A stretch of DNA of 64,000 nt from an uncultured delta proteobacterium (GCA_963790475.1 CAWBOS010000015.1:416001-480000), one strand, 5' to 3'; numbered from the stretch's first letter, positions 30,782 to 42,201 are shown. Translations and numbers: made by a program. The notes: generated from the letters alone by a model not told the origin.

Positions 30782-31074
30782 ATGCAAGGGATAAAACGGA
30801 GGACCTAAAATCCGTTACCCTATAAGAGAAGGCAAAGTGGATTTGTGGAGTTGGGCAATGGGACCTATTTCCTTGACGACATCGAAGTGGGGAAGTGGCC
30901 TTAAAAGGGGGGGCCGGTTCCGGCTTTTGCCCCTTGAACGGTGGCAATCATCGGGTTGCTTAAGGTCGTTAAAACATTGAGGAACGGTCTATTGGTGAGA
31001 CTGAAACTCTACTTTAACCGTTTATGAAATAGGCCTGTCCGGCAGTTAAGCCATAGCCATTGTTTTTAATGGCC

Positions 31075-34010
31075 TCAGTCAACCTGCTTGGCTTTTTGCC
31101 GAATATATCGAGGTGGCCTACCAAATTTTTGTTTGAATAGATGGGTGAAATGAGAAGAGCTATTGAATCCCAAGGAGAAGGCTATGTCGGTGATTGAATC
31201 CTCATCGAACTTGGCGCTGGTGAGCTTCTGGTGACATTTTTCTAGTCTCTGTTCGCGAACCCATTCAGATACCGACTTACCGGTACCCTTGAACAGGTAA
31301 TGCAGATAGCGCACGGAAATCCTGTTATCTTTGGCGATCATCTCAGGAGATAGATCCGGATCATCAAGCCTACTCTCAATATATGATTTCAACGATTGAA
31401 GACGGAATTTATTGGACAGGCTTTCGCCGGCAGGTTTGTGGTCAAGTTCAGCATTAATACATAGAGCTAAAAGATCTGCAATTTCCATAGCCACTTTCGG
31501 GGATAGGTCGTTCCCTATCGACTCCGCTTCGAAGGCGACTAACTTACAGAATTCGGCTACAGCCCACCCCAACCCATCGGCAAAATTCAAAGCGGGGACA
31601 CTCTCGAGCTTGTCGATCGGACATCTATCGATTAAAATCGACCGTGGCATTTCAACATACATCGACTGAGTATTATCGCGGCAACGCAATCGATAGGGCA
31701 CTGCGGCATCAAATAACACCGCCGTCCCTGGCGTGGAAACCTGCTGCTTCCCGGCCTGCTCTACAAGAAGCGATCCTTTAGAAGGGTAGAGTAGAGAGCT
31801 GGAACCTGACTGGTGCCACTTTTGGTCTTTCCGATGCACGCATCTACTACGAGCTATAGTGGTCAGCCGGGGCCAGCCCTCCCTCATCAAACCGTGCATG
31901 CGGTTTTCCCGCACACGGCTTTCCGATGTCCTTCACCGCAGGGCATGCGCTTTGTCCAGCCCGCCGAAGTCGGCACCTTGTAGAGACCGTACTTCTCGTA
32001 TAGCGCCCTTCGTTTGAACCTGAGATACCCCATCTTTCTATCTCTGACCTTGTGCCGCTTTCGCAGGTGTGTGATCAACCGCTCTTCCACATGCCCCCGT
32101 ATCCGAGCCAGTGTGGTACTGCAATTGCGGTAATGAAAGTAGCCGACCCATCCCCGCACGGTGGCGTTAACTTCATTCACCACCCACTCGATAGGCATAA
32201 TGGTTCGGGATCGATCCGTAATTGCCGTCACTCGGTCTTTGATAGATTGTATGGCTTTCTTTGAAGGTTGGACGTGAGGGTAGTACTTCCCCGTTCTATT
32301 GCTCCGTCCCATCCGGATCGTATATCCAAGGAAGTTGTAACTCCCTTTGTAGGCATTGACGGTCTTCGTCTTGGCCTCGTTCAGGGTAAGCCCCAGTTTC
32401 GCCAGTATCCGTCGCAGCATCTGCATCGGGCGTTCGGTTCCGCACCGGCAGAGGACAACAATATCGTCCGCATAGCGCACGATCCGTGCCCCGAGTTTCT
32501 TCTCCAACTGATGCCGTTCCCATATCCTGTCCATTAGATGCAGGTACAGGTTCGCCAATATTGGTGAGATTACCCCCCCTTGCGGGGTGCCTTGACGGTT
32601 TTCCTTGCCACCGCCGATGTTCTTTTTCTTTCCATCCTGGTCCACTTCCATGACCGGGGCTTTGAGCCACATCTTGATGATGCGCAATATCTCACCATCA
32701 CTGATCCGCTCGGCAACTACAGCCAGGAGGTTGGCGTGGGGAATGGTATCGAAGTATTTGCTCAGATCGGCGTCGATGATCTCCGTGTACCCTCTATGCA
32801 TGGCCGAGGCTACATCATCAACGGCGTCGTGGGCTGACTTCCTGGGCCTAAACCCGTATGAGCTGTCGCAAAAGTCTGCTTCAAAGATCGGTTCGATGAC
32901 CAGCTTTTACGGCCATCTGGGCTACCCGGTCCCGTATCGTCGGTATACCCAATGGCCTTTTGTCACCGTTGGCCTTGGGTATCATCACCCGCTTTACCGG
33001 GTCCGGTCGATAAGTCTTGCTCTTCAGTGCTTCTTCCAACTCCGCCATAAAGGCGGTTATCCCTTCTTCCGTCTCGATAGCCTCAAAGGTAACTCCGTCT
33101 ATTCCGGCGCTCCCTTTATTGGCCCGGACAAGACTGTAGGCATGACTGAGAATGTCCGCCCGGTACACCTTGTCATATAAGGCGTAGAAACGATAGGCTT
33201 TCTCCTGCTTGGCCTTCCGGTAGAGCTTCCTCTGTAGTGTCCTGATACTTTCCGGGGTTGTTAGCATCGCTGCAATCCCCTCTCCCTCCACTCTTCGGTT
33301 ACTTGAACAAAGCAGGGTCCCTTCCCTCGGGCCGGGTTTTGTTGTCCCTTGCCCTCAAGCGGTACTATGAACCCCTCCGACTCCCGATACGGCCCAATAC
33401 GATTTCGTCTCCTTATACGTATCGGTTGATGTTCCTCTTCCATCACCTCATCGGGTCTCCAGCACTGGACTGTTTATCTTCCACCGCATGCCGTCCTTGC
33501 TACCCCGGAAGATCTCAAAGGCTGCTTCCGTTTTCCAAGCCCTTAACATCGGCCTTCCCCATATGTCCACTGGGTCGGCATCTTCACTTTATATTTACGA
33601 GGCTACCTATTGGTTCATTTCCATTACGGCCTGTGGCTTTGCCAATTGGGAACTTACGACCCCCGGTTACCCGAACGCCGCTCCCTTGATCTACCGGGGT
33701 GAACGGACAACTCCCCGGACGGGACTTTAACCCGTAAGTGTAAACAGTTGTTACTGCGTACGAACATGATATAATAGCAATCCTTATCCAGCCGGGCAAT
33801 GTGCCGATGATTTCGGACAATATCCTGGGAACAGCCAAAAACCTCAGACAAAACAGTTGGACCCAGGACTGATTTAGTCAAAAAACCTTCATAGTCAGCA
33901 GGGTTTTGGGTGCGGACATCCACTCTTAAGTAGTGCTCACATAAAGCTTCTTGCCAGGCAGCAAAACGTTTCGTTTTTTCTATGTTTTTGGTTGAAAAAA
34001 CGGTTCTCAA
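31075..34010 (-). CDS. AraC/FeaR-like regulator in two exons (34010..33762 and 31785..31075), about 319 aa after splicing
   Basis: FSTKNIEKTKRFAAWQEALC...YYIMF joins in frame to PSKGSLLVEQAG...ISVRYLHYLF...ITDIAFSLGFNSSSHFTHLFKQKFG. Confidence 0.88.
31786..33761 (-). mobile_element. Group II intron (1,976 nt)
   Basis: 5' GTACG; domain V AGCCGTGTGCGGGAAAACCGCATGCACGGTTT; domain VI GAGGGAGGGCTGG...CCAGCTCTCTACTCTAC; removal restores host ORF. Confidence 0.92.
31933..33267 (-). CDS. ltrA: Group II intron reverse transcriptase/maturase without endonuclease domain (frameshifts near 32905 and 31952)
   Basis: RPLGIPTIRDR, SYGFRP, DADLSKYFDTIPH, GTPQGGVISP, RYADD, FLGY, RGWVGYF. Confidence 0.9.
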
Positions 34011-34136
34011 GAAGTTCCCGCCTTTTTGGGCAAGATTTGATACTATTACGCTATTTTCTAATAATATATTCGACGGTTATTTGTCAAGAAAAAATCAAAA
34101 TCTTAAGAGGTCAGGGGGGAAGGGGAATATAAACAC

Positions 34137-34170
34137 AAAAGCCCTTTCCCTCGAGGTGGAAAGGGCCTAT
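34137..34170 (-). terminator. Intrinsic terminator after hdrB
   Basis: GCCCTTTCC...GGAAAGGGC stem with adjacent A-run (U-tract on minus strand). Confidence 0.55.
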
Positions 34171-34194
34171 TTATCAAGATAGTTGTAAAAACTC

Positions 34195-35064
34195 TCATGC
34201 GGCTTTAAGATAAGGATCGGCGGAGATAAGCAGGCGGTCCAGGGCGGCTTCTCTTCTGGAAAGGCCGAAAGCCACGGCCATCAACTGGGTGATAAAAACC
34301 ACCGGGATATTAAAGTTGGTCCCTATGGCCTTGTTCATCCGCTTTTGATAAGCCTCCAGGTTCATCTGGCACATCGGGCAGGCCGTGGAAATAATCTGGC
34401 CGCCATGGGCCTGGGCATCTCCCAGAATATCCCTGGCCAGTTCATAACAAGCCTCCAACTCGGTCAGGAACAATCCTGAACCGCAGCAGCGCATCTTATT
34501 GGGAAAGGGCACCGCCTTGGCTCCCAGGGCCTCAATAATTAGATCCTGGATCACCGGCTTTTCCACACTGTCGTATTCCCCGAAAGGCCTAACGGTCTGG
34601 CAGCCCACATACCCGGCCACCTGAACCCCATTCAGGGGCTTTTTGACCGCAGCTCTGATTTTATCCAGGCCCACATCATTGAACAGGACATCCAATAGAT
34701 GCCGCACCCGAATTTTTCCGCTGTATTTCAGGTTTCCCTCGGCCAGAACTTCATTGACCTCGGCCAGGAGTCCAGGCTTTTCCTGCAATTTATGATTAAC
34801 CTTATTCAAGACGATATAGCAGGAACTGCAAGGGGCGACGATATCCATCCCGCCTTGGGCCTCGGCCAAAGCCAGATTGCGAGCCGCCAGCACATCCACC
34901 GAAAGTTCGTTCCCTCCCACATAAGAAATACTGGCTCCGCAGCAGTTCCAATCCTCGATTTCTTTTAAGGACAGGCCTAATACCTTGGCCACGGCCTTTA
35001 ATGAAACCATATAATGGATTCCGCCGGCTTCCAGAGAACACCCTTGATAAAGGAAATAATTCAT
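34195..35064 (-). CDS. hdrB: Heterodisulfide reductase subunit B-like
   Basis: YQGCS, DWNCCGA, PCSSC, YVGC, RCCGS, ACPMCQMNL (CCG domains). Confidence 0.9.
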   Translation of the reverse strand: MNYFLYQGCSLEAGGIHYMVSLKAVAKVLGLSLKEIEDWNCCGASISYVGGNELSVDVLAARNLALAEAQGGMDIVAPCSSCYIVLNKVNHKLQEKPGLLAEVNEVLAEGNLKYSGKIRVRHLLDVLFNDVGLDKIRAAVKKPLNGVQVAGYVGCQTVRPFGEYDSVEKPVIQDLIIEALGAKAVPFPNKMRCCGSGLFLTELEACYELARDILGDAQAHGGQIISTACPMCQMNLEAYQKRMNKAIGTNFNIPVVFITQLMAVAFGLSRREAALDRLLISADPYLKAA

Positions 35065-35687
35065 CAGACGGCACCCCCCTTTCCCATGGTCTTGGCTTTA
35101 TCCAGCATCTTCCTTAAAGATTTGACATTTTTTATGGGTCTTTCGGGCAGGACCTTCATTCGTTTATGGAGAAGCATACCCAGGCCCATATTCTTATTCT
35201 CCAGCATCAGCTTTATGCCCGGCCCCAGTCCATGACCCAGAAAATACCGCTGGGCCACGTCCTTTTCATCAATCCGCCCCAGTCGATAAATATTACCCCA
35301 GAATTTTTGTCCAAAGAGGGCGGTTTCTGCTCTGGGCTTATATCCCAGACGAAGAGCATAATGGGCCAGCCCATGCATGACGTCCACCACCGGCACCTTC
35401 CGGGGGCAGCGCACTTTACAGGAATAGCAGGAGGTACACAACATGATGGCCCGGCTGCTCAGGACTTTTTCACGTTGTCCGGCCCGGATCAGGGTAAAAA
35501 TCTTTCTGGGAGAAAAATCCATTTTTTCCCTCAAGGGGCAGGAGGCGGCACAAACCCCGCACTGCATGCACATCTTGATTTCATCCCCCGAGTCCACTTT
35601 TTTATAGACCTCGCGGGCAAAGGACTGGTCGTAAGCTTTTCCCGAACCACCTCTTGAACCAGATTTAGGTCCCACTACCTGTTCCAT
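35064..35687 (-). CDS. hdrC: Heterodisulfide reductase subunit C-like
   Basis: CMQCGVCAASCP, CTSCYSCKVRCP; no membrane domain. Confidence 0.88.
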   Translation of the reverse strand: MEQVVGPKSGSRGGSGKAYDQSFAREVYKKVDSGDEIKMCMQCGVCAASCPLREKMDFSPRKIFTLIRAGQREKVLSSRAIMLCTSCYSCKVRCPRKVPVVDVMHGLAHYALRLGYKPRAETALFGQKFWGNIYRLGRIDEKDVAQRYFLGHGLGPGIKLMLENKNMGLGMLLHKRMKVLPERPIKNVKSLRKMLDKAKTMGKGGAV

Positions 35688-35838
35688 TTTTTTGATCCTT
35701 CTCTGTTTATTCTTAGGATTCAAGGAGCCAAAGGGACGGATTCAAGTAAAAAGCCAAGGAACATAAAAATCAACCCACTGAATCTTCGAACCCTTTTTTA
35801 TTCTGACCCCTGCCTCCTGTATTCTAACTTCTATTTTA

Positions 35839-37974
35839 TTAGAACCCCTTATACGGATTCGGTTCCAGTTCCTTAATCCTGGCCATAAAATCATTCAGGA
35901 TGACCGGCAGCCGGTCATAGTCATTTACGGAGATTTCCTCTACCCGGACTCGTTCCGGTTCCAGGGCCAGACGACCCAGAGTTTCAGAAATTTTCTCCAT
36001 CCGGGTATTGGCCAGTTCACTGCCTTTAATGAAGTGGCATTGATAGTCATCGCCCTTGCGGCAGCCCAGCAGGATAACCCCATCGATCCCCTTGGCCAGG
36101 GCGTCGGCGATCCAGACCAGGTTCACCGATCCCAAACAGCGAACCGGGATAAACCGGTAGAAAGGATCAATGGGAATCCGATTGATCCCGGCCATATCCA
36201 GGGCCGGGTAGGCGTCGTTTTCGCAGATCAGGGCAATGACCCTCGGTTTCTCATCATCCGCGTCAGGCACCTCGATACCTTTGATCATGGAGCCAATCAT
36301 ATCCACTGAGTAATTCTTAAAGGAAATAATCCGTTCCGGACAGGCCCCCATACAGGTCCCGCAGCGCCGGCAGCGGGTGGTATTGGGCAATGGGTTGGCC
36401 TTTTCATCTTCATTGATGGCCCCGAAAGGACATTCTTCGGTACACCGTTTACATTGAGTACACCGGGACATCATAAATTCGGGGTAGGTCATATCCCCGG
36501 ACCTGGGGAAGGTCGAAGACCCTATGGCTGTGGATTCGATACACTGAATAGCCTTAAGGGCCGCTCCGGTCGCATCCTCGGCAGCAAGGGCCGTTTCCAT
36601 AGGACTGCGTACACATCCTGCCGTATAAATGCCGGTCCTCTGGGTTTCATACGGAAAACAAATAAAATTGGAATCCGGGAATCCATACTTATTGACGGGC
36701 AAGCCCGGTCCCTGCCGGTAATCGAGATTGAGGGCCGTTTCATCAATCGAGGTCGGCACCAGACCCACAGCCAGGACCACCAGGTCCAGCTCTTCCAGTT
36801 GAATGGTCTCGTTCAGCAGGGCATCATTGGCTTCCACGATCAGGTTCTTGTTGCCATCCTCGGAAATGGAGTTCAATTCACCACGGATAAAAATTCCGCC
36901 GTCCCTTTGTACCTTGCGGTAAAAATCCTCACTCTGGTGAGGCGTCCGTATATCCTTATATAGGATGTAAACTACCGCTTCCGGGTCCTGCTCTTTCACG
37001 TAGGTGGCCTGCTTCAAAGAAACCAGACAACAGACCGAGGAACAATAAGGCAGATGATTTTCATCCCGGGAACCGGCACACTGAATAAAGAGGACGTTTT
37101 TGGCCTCTTTGCCGTCGGAAGGCCGGGTGATCTTCCCGCTCTTGGCCATTTCCTCCATCTGGACGTTGGTAATCACATTGGGGAATTTGCCGTAGCCCAG
37201 GTGTTCTAATTTGTTGGCATCATAAGGCTTCCAGCCGGTGGCCTGGACCACCGAACCGACCCGTTCGGTGGTGGAAGAGCCATTGTGGGAGATAGTCACA
37301 TCAAAGACCCCCGGGCCGCCGGCGATCTTTTCGATTTGGGCGGAGGTGAAGACTTTGATATTGGGTTCGGCTTCCACTTTCTTGATCTGGTTTTCCAGAT
37401 CCACGGATTGTAGTTCCTTATAAGGGGGACGGATGCGTTTATTCATCTTGTTCATGAACCCGCCCAGGACCGGCTCCTTCTCCACCAACAGGACCGGATA
37501 ACCGGCCTGGGCTGCACCGACAGCGGCATTCATGCCGGCAAACCCGCCGCCCACCACCAGCACGGTCTTGCTCATGTTCTCGGCCTGGTAGGGTTCCGGG
37601 GGGGTGCTCTTGTTCAATTTAACCAGCCCCATGCGCATATTGTCCTCGGCCATCATCTGGGTATCTTCGTCATTGGCCGGTAAAACCCAGGCCACCTGTT
37701 CCCGAACATTGACCCGGTCCTGCAAACCAGGACCGAAATCGAAGACATCGTATTTAACCCGAGGGGAACAGGCCACGATGGAAAGGGTGTTGACCCCTTC
37801 ATTGGCCATATCGGACTTGATCATTTCCACCCCTTCGACGCTGCAGAGCCAGGGATGGGTCTTGCATACCGGGGCCTTAAACTCCTTGGTGGCCACCTTT
37901 TTTAACGCCTCTATATCCAGGGAATCTCCGATCCCGCATCCGGTACAAATATATACGCCCAGTTTCTTATCCAT
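35839..37974 (-). CDS. qmoB: QmoB (HdrA-like + MvhD-like)
   Basis: MDKKLGVYICTGCGIG, QCAGSRD, FICFPYETQRTG, CENDAYPALD, GDDYQCHF, PNPYKGF. Confidence 0.95.
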   Translation of the reverse strand: MDKKLGVYICTGCGIGDSLDIEALKKVATKEFKAPVCKTHPWLCSVEGVEMIKSDMANEGVNTLSIVACSPRVKYDVFDFGPGLQDRVNVREQVAWVLPANDEDTQMMAEDNMRMGLVKLNKSTPPEPYQAENMSKTVLVVGGGFAGMNAAVGAAQAGYPVLLVEKEPVLGGFMNKMNKRIRPPYKELQSVDLENQIKKVEAEPNIKVFTSAQIEKIAGGPGVFDVTISHNGSSTTERVGSVVQATGWKPYDANKLEHLGYGKFPNVITNVQMEEMAKSGKITRPSDGKEAKNVLFIQCAGSRDENHLPYCSSVCCLVSLKQATYVKEQDPEAVVYILYKDIRTPHQSEDFYRKVQRDGGIFIRGELNSISEDGNKNLIVEANDALLNETIQLEELDLVVLAVGLVPTSIDETALNLDYRQGPGLPVNKYGFPDSNFICFPYETQRTGIYTAGCVRSPMETALAAEDATGAALKAIQCIESTAIGSSTFPRSGDMTYPEFMMSRCTQCKRCTEECPFGAINEDEKANPLPNTTRCRRCGTCMGACPERIISFKNYSVDMIGSMIKGIEVPDADDEKPRVIALICENDAYPALDMAGINRIPIDPFYRFIPVRCLGSVNLVWIADALAKGIDGVILLGCRKGDDYQCHFIKGSELANTRMEKISETLGRLALEPERVRVEEISVNDYDRLPVILNDFMARIKELEPNPYKGF

Positions 37975-37980
37975 TCGAAT

Positions 37981-39237
37981 TTACCTCCTCACCACAGATT
38001 GAATAGCCCGGAGCGCCGCCCCGGTGGCATCCTGGACCACGCCGGCCACATCCGCCGGCCGTTTGATACAGCCGGCGCCATAAATACCCTTTTGCTCCTG
38101 ATCGGAGACGATAAAGCCATAGTCGTCGTAGGTGACCGGAGCCGGGACCTTGACGGTTGCCGTGGCCGGTTCCATACCGGTGGCCAGGACCACCATATCG
38201 ACGGTTTCCCGGATCCGCTCTCCGGACATGGTGTCCTCCCCCTCCAGGATCAGGTTTTTGGTGACCGGGTCCTCGGTGATCAGGGCGATCTTGGATTTGA
38301 TCAGCGACAACTTTTCGTCCTGTTTCACCTTGACAAAAAAATCTTCCAGTTTGCCCTGGGCCCGAATATCGATGAAATAGATAAAGGCCTGGGCATTGGG
38401 ATTTTTTTCCCGGAGATAAGTGGACTGTTTCAAGGAGGCCAGACAGCAGACACCCGAGCAATAGGCCAGGTGATTTTCATCCCGTGATCCGGCACATTGA
38501 ATAAAGGCTACCTTCTCCACTTCTTTTTGATCCGATGGCCGAAGGATTTTTCCCTGGGTCGGACCGTTGTCCGCGCAAAGCCTTTCCATCATGACATTGG
38601 TGATGACATTAGGATATTGGCCAAACCCGTAATTTTCCAGTTTTTTGGCATCATAGGGGTTCCAACCGGCGGCCCAGACGATGGCTCCGACGTTCAGGGT
38701 AAAGGTTTGGGGTTTCATATCCAATTCGATAGCATCATACTTGCAAGCCTCAACACATTTGGCGCAAGCTTGTCCCAGGCAAACCGAGCCATCGATCACA
38801 TACTGCATGGGAAAGGCCATGGCATAGGGCAGATAGGCGGCCTTGTTTTTATCCAGGCCGTAATTAAAATCATTGGCCCGCTCCACCGGACAGGCTTCGG
38901 CGCATTTATTACAGCCGGTACAGCGCTCATTGACCAGGCGGGGGGTGGTTTTTATGGTCACCTGATAATTCCCTTCTTCCCCGGAAATGGTTTCCACCTC
39001 CGCCAAGGTATAAAAGGTAATTCGGGAATTATTCTTGGTCCTTTTAAAATTAATCTCCAGGCCGCAATTGGGGGGGCACAGTTTGGGAAAATACTGATAG
39101 AGTTGAGCCACCCTGCCGCCCAGATAGGGATTTTTCTCCACAATCACCACCTCGTAGCCGACTTCTGCGGCCTCGATGGCGGAAGTCAGTCCGCTCATGC
39201 CGCCGCCGACAATTAAAATACTTTTTTTATCTCCCAT
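37981..39237 (-). CDS. qmoA: QmoA
   Basis: ILIVGGGMSG, YFPKLCPPNCGLEIN, QCAGSRDENHL, VQDATGAAL. Confidence 0.95.
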   Translation of the reverse strand: MGDKKSILIVGGGMSGLTSAIEAAEVGYEVVIVEKNPYLGGRVAQLYQYFPKLCPPNCGLEINFKRTKNNSRITFYTLAEVETISGEEGNYQVTIKTTPRLVNERCTGCNKCAEACPVERANDFNYGLDKNKAAYLPYAMAFPMQYVIDGSVCLGQACAKCVEACKYDAIELDMKPQTFTLNVGAIVWAAGWNPYDAKKLENYGFGQYPNVITNVMMERLCADNGPTQGKILRPSDQKEVEKVAFIQCAGSRDENHLAYCSGVCCLASLKQSTYLREKNPNAQAFIYFIDIRAQGKLEDFFVKVKQDEKLSLIKSKIALITEDPVTKNLILEGEDTMSGERIRETVDMVVLATGMEPATATVKVPAPVTYDDYGFIVSDQEQKGIYGAGCIKRPADVAGVVQDATGAALRAIQSVVRR

Positions 39238-39295
39238 AGACTCCTCCAGGATTTTATTTTATGGTTTTCGGAAAAAACTTTTTTCTGGATTATGA

Positions 39296-39440
39296 TGAGA
39301 CCTTTGAAAATTGTTCAATTTTGGTCAAGATCAAGGAAGGCGAAAATTTCAACCGTAGGAATATATGTAAATATTTCGAGGATTGAAATTTGAGCCTGAC
39401 ACAGGGATTGGACAAAAGGGGACATTTTTCATAGGTCTCA
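39296..39440. mobile_element. 145-bp MITE-like element between aprA and qmoA
   Basis: TIR TGAGACCTTTGAAAA ... TTTTCATAGGTCTCA. Confidence 0.6.
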
Positions 39441-39575
39441 TTATAAAAAGGAACGGGCTGAAACACATAGGGGTTACACCGGCCGCTTATTGAAAGAGAG
39501 GAATTTTCAGAAAGATCGAGTCCCTGAAAGATGCAGACTCGGTTTTCCTCTCTTTTAATAAACCGCTTTTTGATC

Positions 39576-39612
39576 AAAAAAAACTCCAGGCGCCCTTGGG
39601 CGCCTGGAGGTT
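39576..39612 (-). terminator. Intrinsic terminator after aprA
   Basis: CTCCAGGCGCCC-TT-GGGCGCCTGGAG followed by a T-run on the minus strand. Confidence 0.7.
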
Positions 39613-39628
39613 ATGAAATTATTTTCAA

Positions 39629-41507
39629 TTACGGGATAAGGGGAACCACGTCTCTTTTGATCATGGTCCACTCACCGGTTTTGGGATCATACTTACAATT
39701 GGCAAAGACATGCCAGTTTTTCTCATCCATGGTCGGTTTGTCGGCCCGGAAGTAATAACCCGGCCAGCGGGTCTCCTCCCGGAACAGGATGGTCCGCATA
39801 TGGGCTTCGGCCTGCCAGGTCCTTTGCACGTTTTCCCAGCAGCGTTCCAGCTCATAGACGTTCTTGGCACCCAGTTTGGCCGAGTCTTCCTGCAGCATGG
39901 CCATGAGTTCCAGACCTCTTTCGATCAGCGATTTGCTGGTCTTGAAGCCCGATCCCCAACCACCGGCATATTCATCCATCATCTTCTGGAGACGATGCAT
40001 ATAGGACATGGGTTTGACGTAGTTGGGGTTGATATCCGGATCCGAGGAAAGCTTGCAGAACTGTTCATACAGGTTCAAGCGGAGCCAGGATTTCTTTTTT
40101 CAGGGCCGCAACCTGAGCGGCATCGACATTGGGCATGGCCTTATTCTCCACACAGTACCGCACCGCTTCCTTACCGGTGAAACGGCCTTCGGCATGGGAG
40201 CCGGAGGAGAACTTGTGGCTGGAGGCGCCGGAGGCGTCACCGCAGGCAAACAAGCCTTTTACGGTACACATGTTGCCGTAACCCCATTTATAGGGGGTAT
40301 CCAGGTCTTCAGGACCGCTGACCCAGGCACCGGAGGCACCGGAGTGAGAACCGATAAAGTAGGGCTCACAAGCGGCGATCTCGGAACGGCTGGCCTCGGG
40401 CATGATGTTGCTGGCTGCCCAGAGGATGGCTTGGGAAATGGTCATATCCAGGAAGTCTTCCCAGGCCTCGGATTCCAGTTCCTTCATCTTTTTCTTGAAG
40501 GCCTTTTCATCAGGAGTGCCTTTGGCGATATTCTGAATGGCCTCGGCGGTCTCCATGTAGAGAGGCCCTAAACCGGCTTCCACGTCCAGCATGCCCAGGT
40601 AGTTCCGCAGGTTGGCCGGAATCGGTTTGGCCAGACCATAGGGGGCCCAGTTATTGAGCTCATCCTTACGGACGACCATATATTCACCACCGGTGGCACT
40701 GGTGGCCCGGGATTTGAAAAGCAGGAACCAGGCCCCGACCGGTCCATAGGCATCCTTGAACCGAACCGGAATGAAACGGACTTCCTGACAGGTCATTTCA
40801 GCACCGGCCTTAAGGGTGAAAAAGGCGCTGGACCCGGTATTGAAAGGCGGATACCAGGATCGGCCTTGACCTTCACCTGTGGACCGGGGACGGAAAACGT
40901 GAACCGCTCCACCCATGGCGCAGATTACGGCCTTGGCTTTAAAGACATAAAATTTCTCATCACGGGTCCCGAAACCGACGGCCCCGGCGATCCGGTCTCC
41001 GTCCATAAGAGGAGCCACGATGAAAACCCGCTCATAGATCTCGAAACCGCCGGCATCCATGGCGTTTTTAGCGGCCTCGGCCACGATCACCTTATAGGAT
41101 TCGCCGTTGATCATGAGCTGCCACCGGCCTTCATGGACATACTTGCCGTTTTCATCCAGCCAGATGGGCAAGCCCCATTTTTCAAAAAGGTGGACTGAAG
41201 AATCTACGTGCCGTGCGATATTGAAAACCAGGTCTTCCCGCGAAATCCCCATCAGGTCCTGACGGACGTAATGCACGTAATCTTCACAGGTGTTCTGGCC
41301 GTCGGCAATGCCGATATATTGGTTGATAGCCGAAAGGCCCATGGCCACGGCCCCGGAACGTGTATAGGCGGCCTTATCGACAGCCGTAACTTTAACACCA
41401 TTTTTCTTGGCCCAGTAGGCGGCTTCAACAGCAGCCCCAGTGGCGGCCATTCCTCCACCGACAATCAACAGATCGGTGGTTACTTCTACAGTTGGATAAT
41501 CTGCCAT
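39629..41507 (-). CDS. aprA: APS reductase alpha subunit (frameshift near 40076)
   Basis: RSGAVAMGLSAIN, WQLMINGESYK, FKDAYGPVGAWFL, HKFSSGSHAEGR; C-terminus RLQKMMDEYAGG, REETRWPGYY. Confidence 0.96.
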
Positions 41508-41525
41508 AATCATTTCCCTCCTTCG

Positions 41526-41987
41526 TTACTTTTTTGGTGTGGGTATAGCCGCCACTTTCAAAGAAGCAGGCTCTGTGAACAGGTAAGGGCTCTTCAGATC
41601 GCCGGAACCTTCATCAAATCCGCCGCCCGGAACCGCGCTGCCTTCAGCCGTGGTGCGGATGGGGAACTTAAACCGTTTCAGAGATCCATTCCGGAATTTG
41701 ACGGTCCACATAATGTCCTCGGTACCCCGAAGAGGGGTGACACTGGCACCCATGGGCACGAAGTCGGCATAACCCCGGACGTCAATAGCCTGTTGGGGGC
41801 AGATCTTGACGCAGTTATAACATTCCCAACAAAGGGAGGGGTCCCGGTTAAAGGCCTTCATCTCGCCGTAACCCAGGGAGCCGTCCTTGTCCAGGAACAT
41901 CAGGTCAACAGGGCAAATGTACATACAGGCGGTTTTGTCCTGCCCTTTGCATCCATCACATTTTTCTAACATTACAAAACTTGGCAT
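41526..41987 (-). CDS. aprB: APS reductase beta subunit
   Basis: CDGCKGQDKTACMYICP, CWECYNCVKICP, VRGYADF, IMWTVKFRNG. Confidence 0.97.
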   Translation of the reverse strand: MPSFVMLEKCDGCKGQDKTACMYICPVDLMFLDKDGSLGYGEMKAFNRDPSLCWECYNCVKICPQQAIDVRGYADFVPMGASVTPLRGTEDIMWTVKFRNGSLKRFKFPIRTTAEGSAVPGGGFDEGSGDLKSPYLFTEPASLKVAAIPTPKK

Positions 41988-42161
41988 AATTTCCTCCTTA
42001 TTTTACTTTATTAACCTAAAGTGCATTCATCATTTCTTTTATAAATTAGGACCTTACATAATAAGCTTGGTGACTTGTGGTGACCTCCTTTCTATTGATT
42101 GTTCTTGGAATCAGGGAAATCCCTTTTTGATATTAAAAGCTGAAAAAAAAATGAAAAATCA

Positions 42162-42197
42162 AAAAAAGGGGGCCTTGTTTTTCAAGACCCCTTTTCT
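42162..42197 (-). terminator. Intrinsic terminator between sat and aprB
   Basis: AAAAAAAGGGGGCCTTG...CAAGACCCCTTTT. Confidence 0.55.
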
Positions 42198-42201
42198 AAA
42201 A

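Noticed and set aside
31887-33291. RT as a retron, DGR or CRISPR-associated RT
   Set aside because: Clear domain V/VI RNA, a maturase region and clean exon junctions show a group II intron. No template/variable repeat pair, msr-msd or cas genes are visible.
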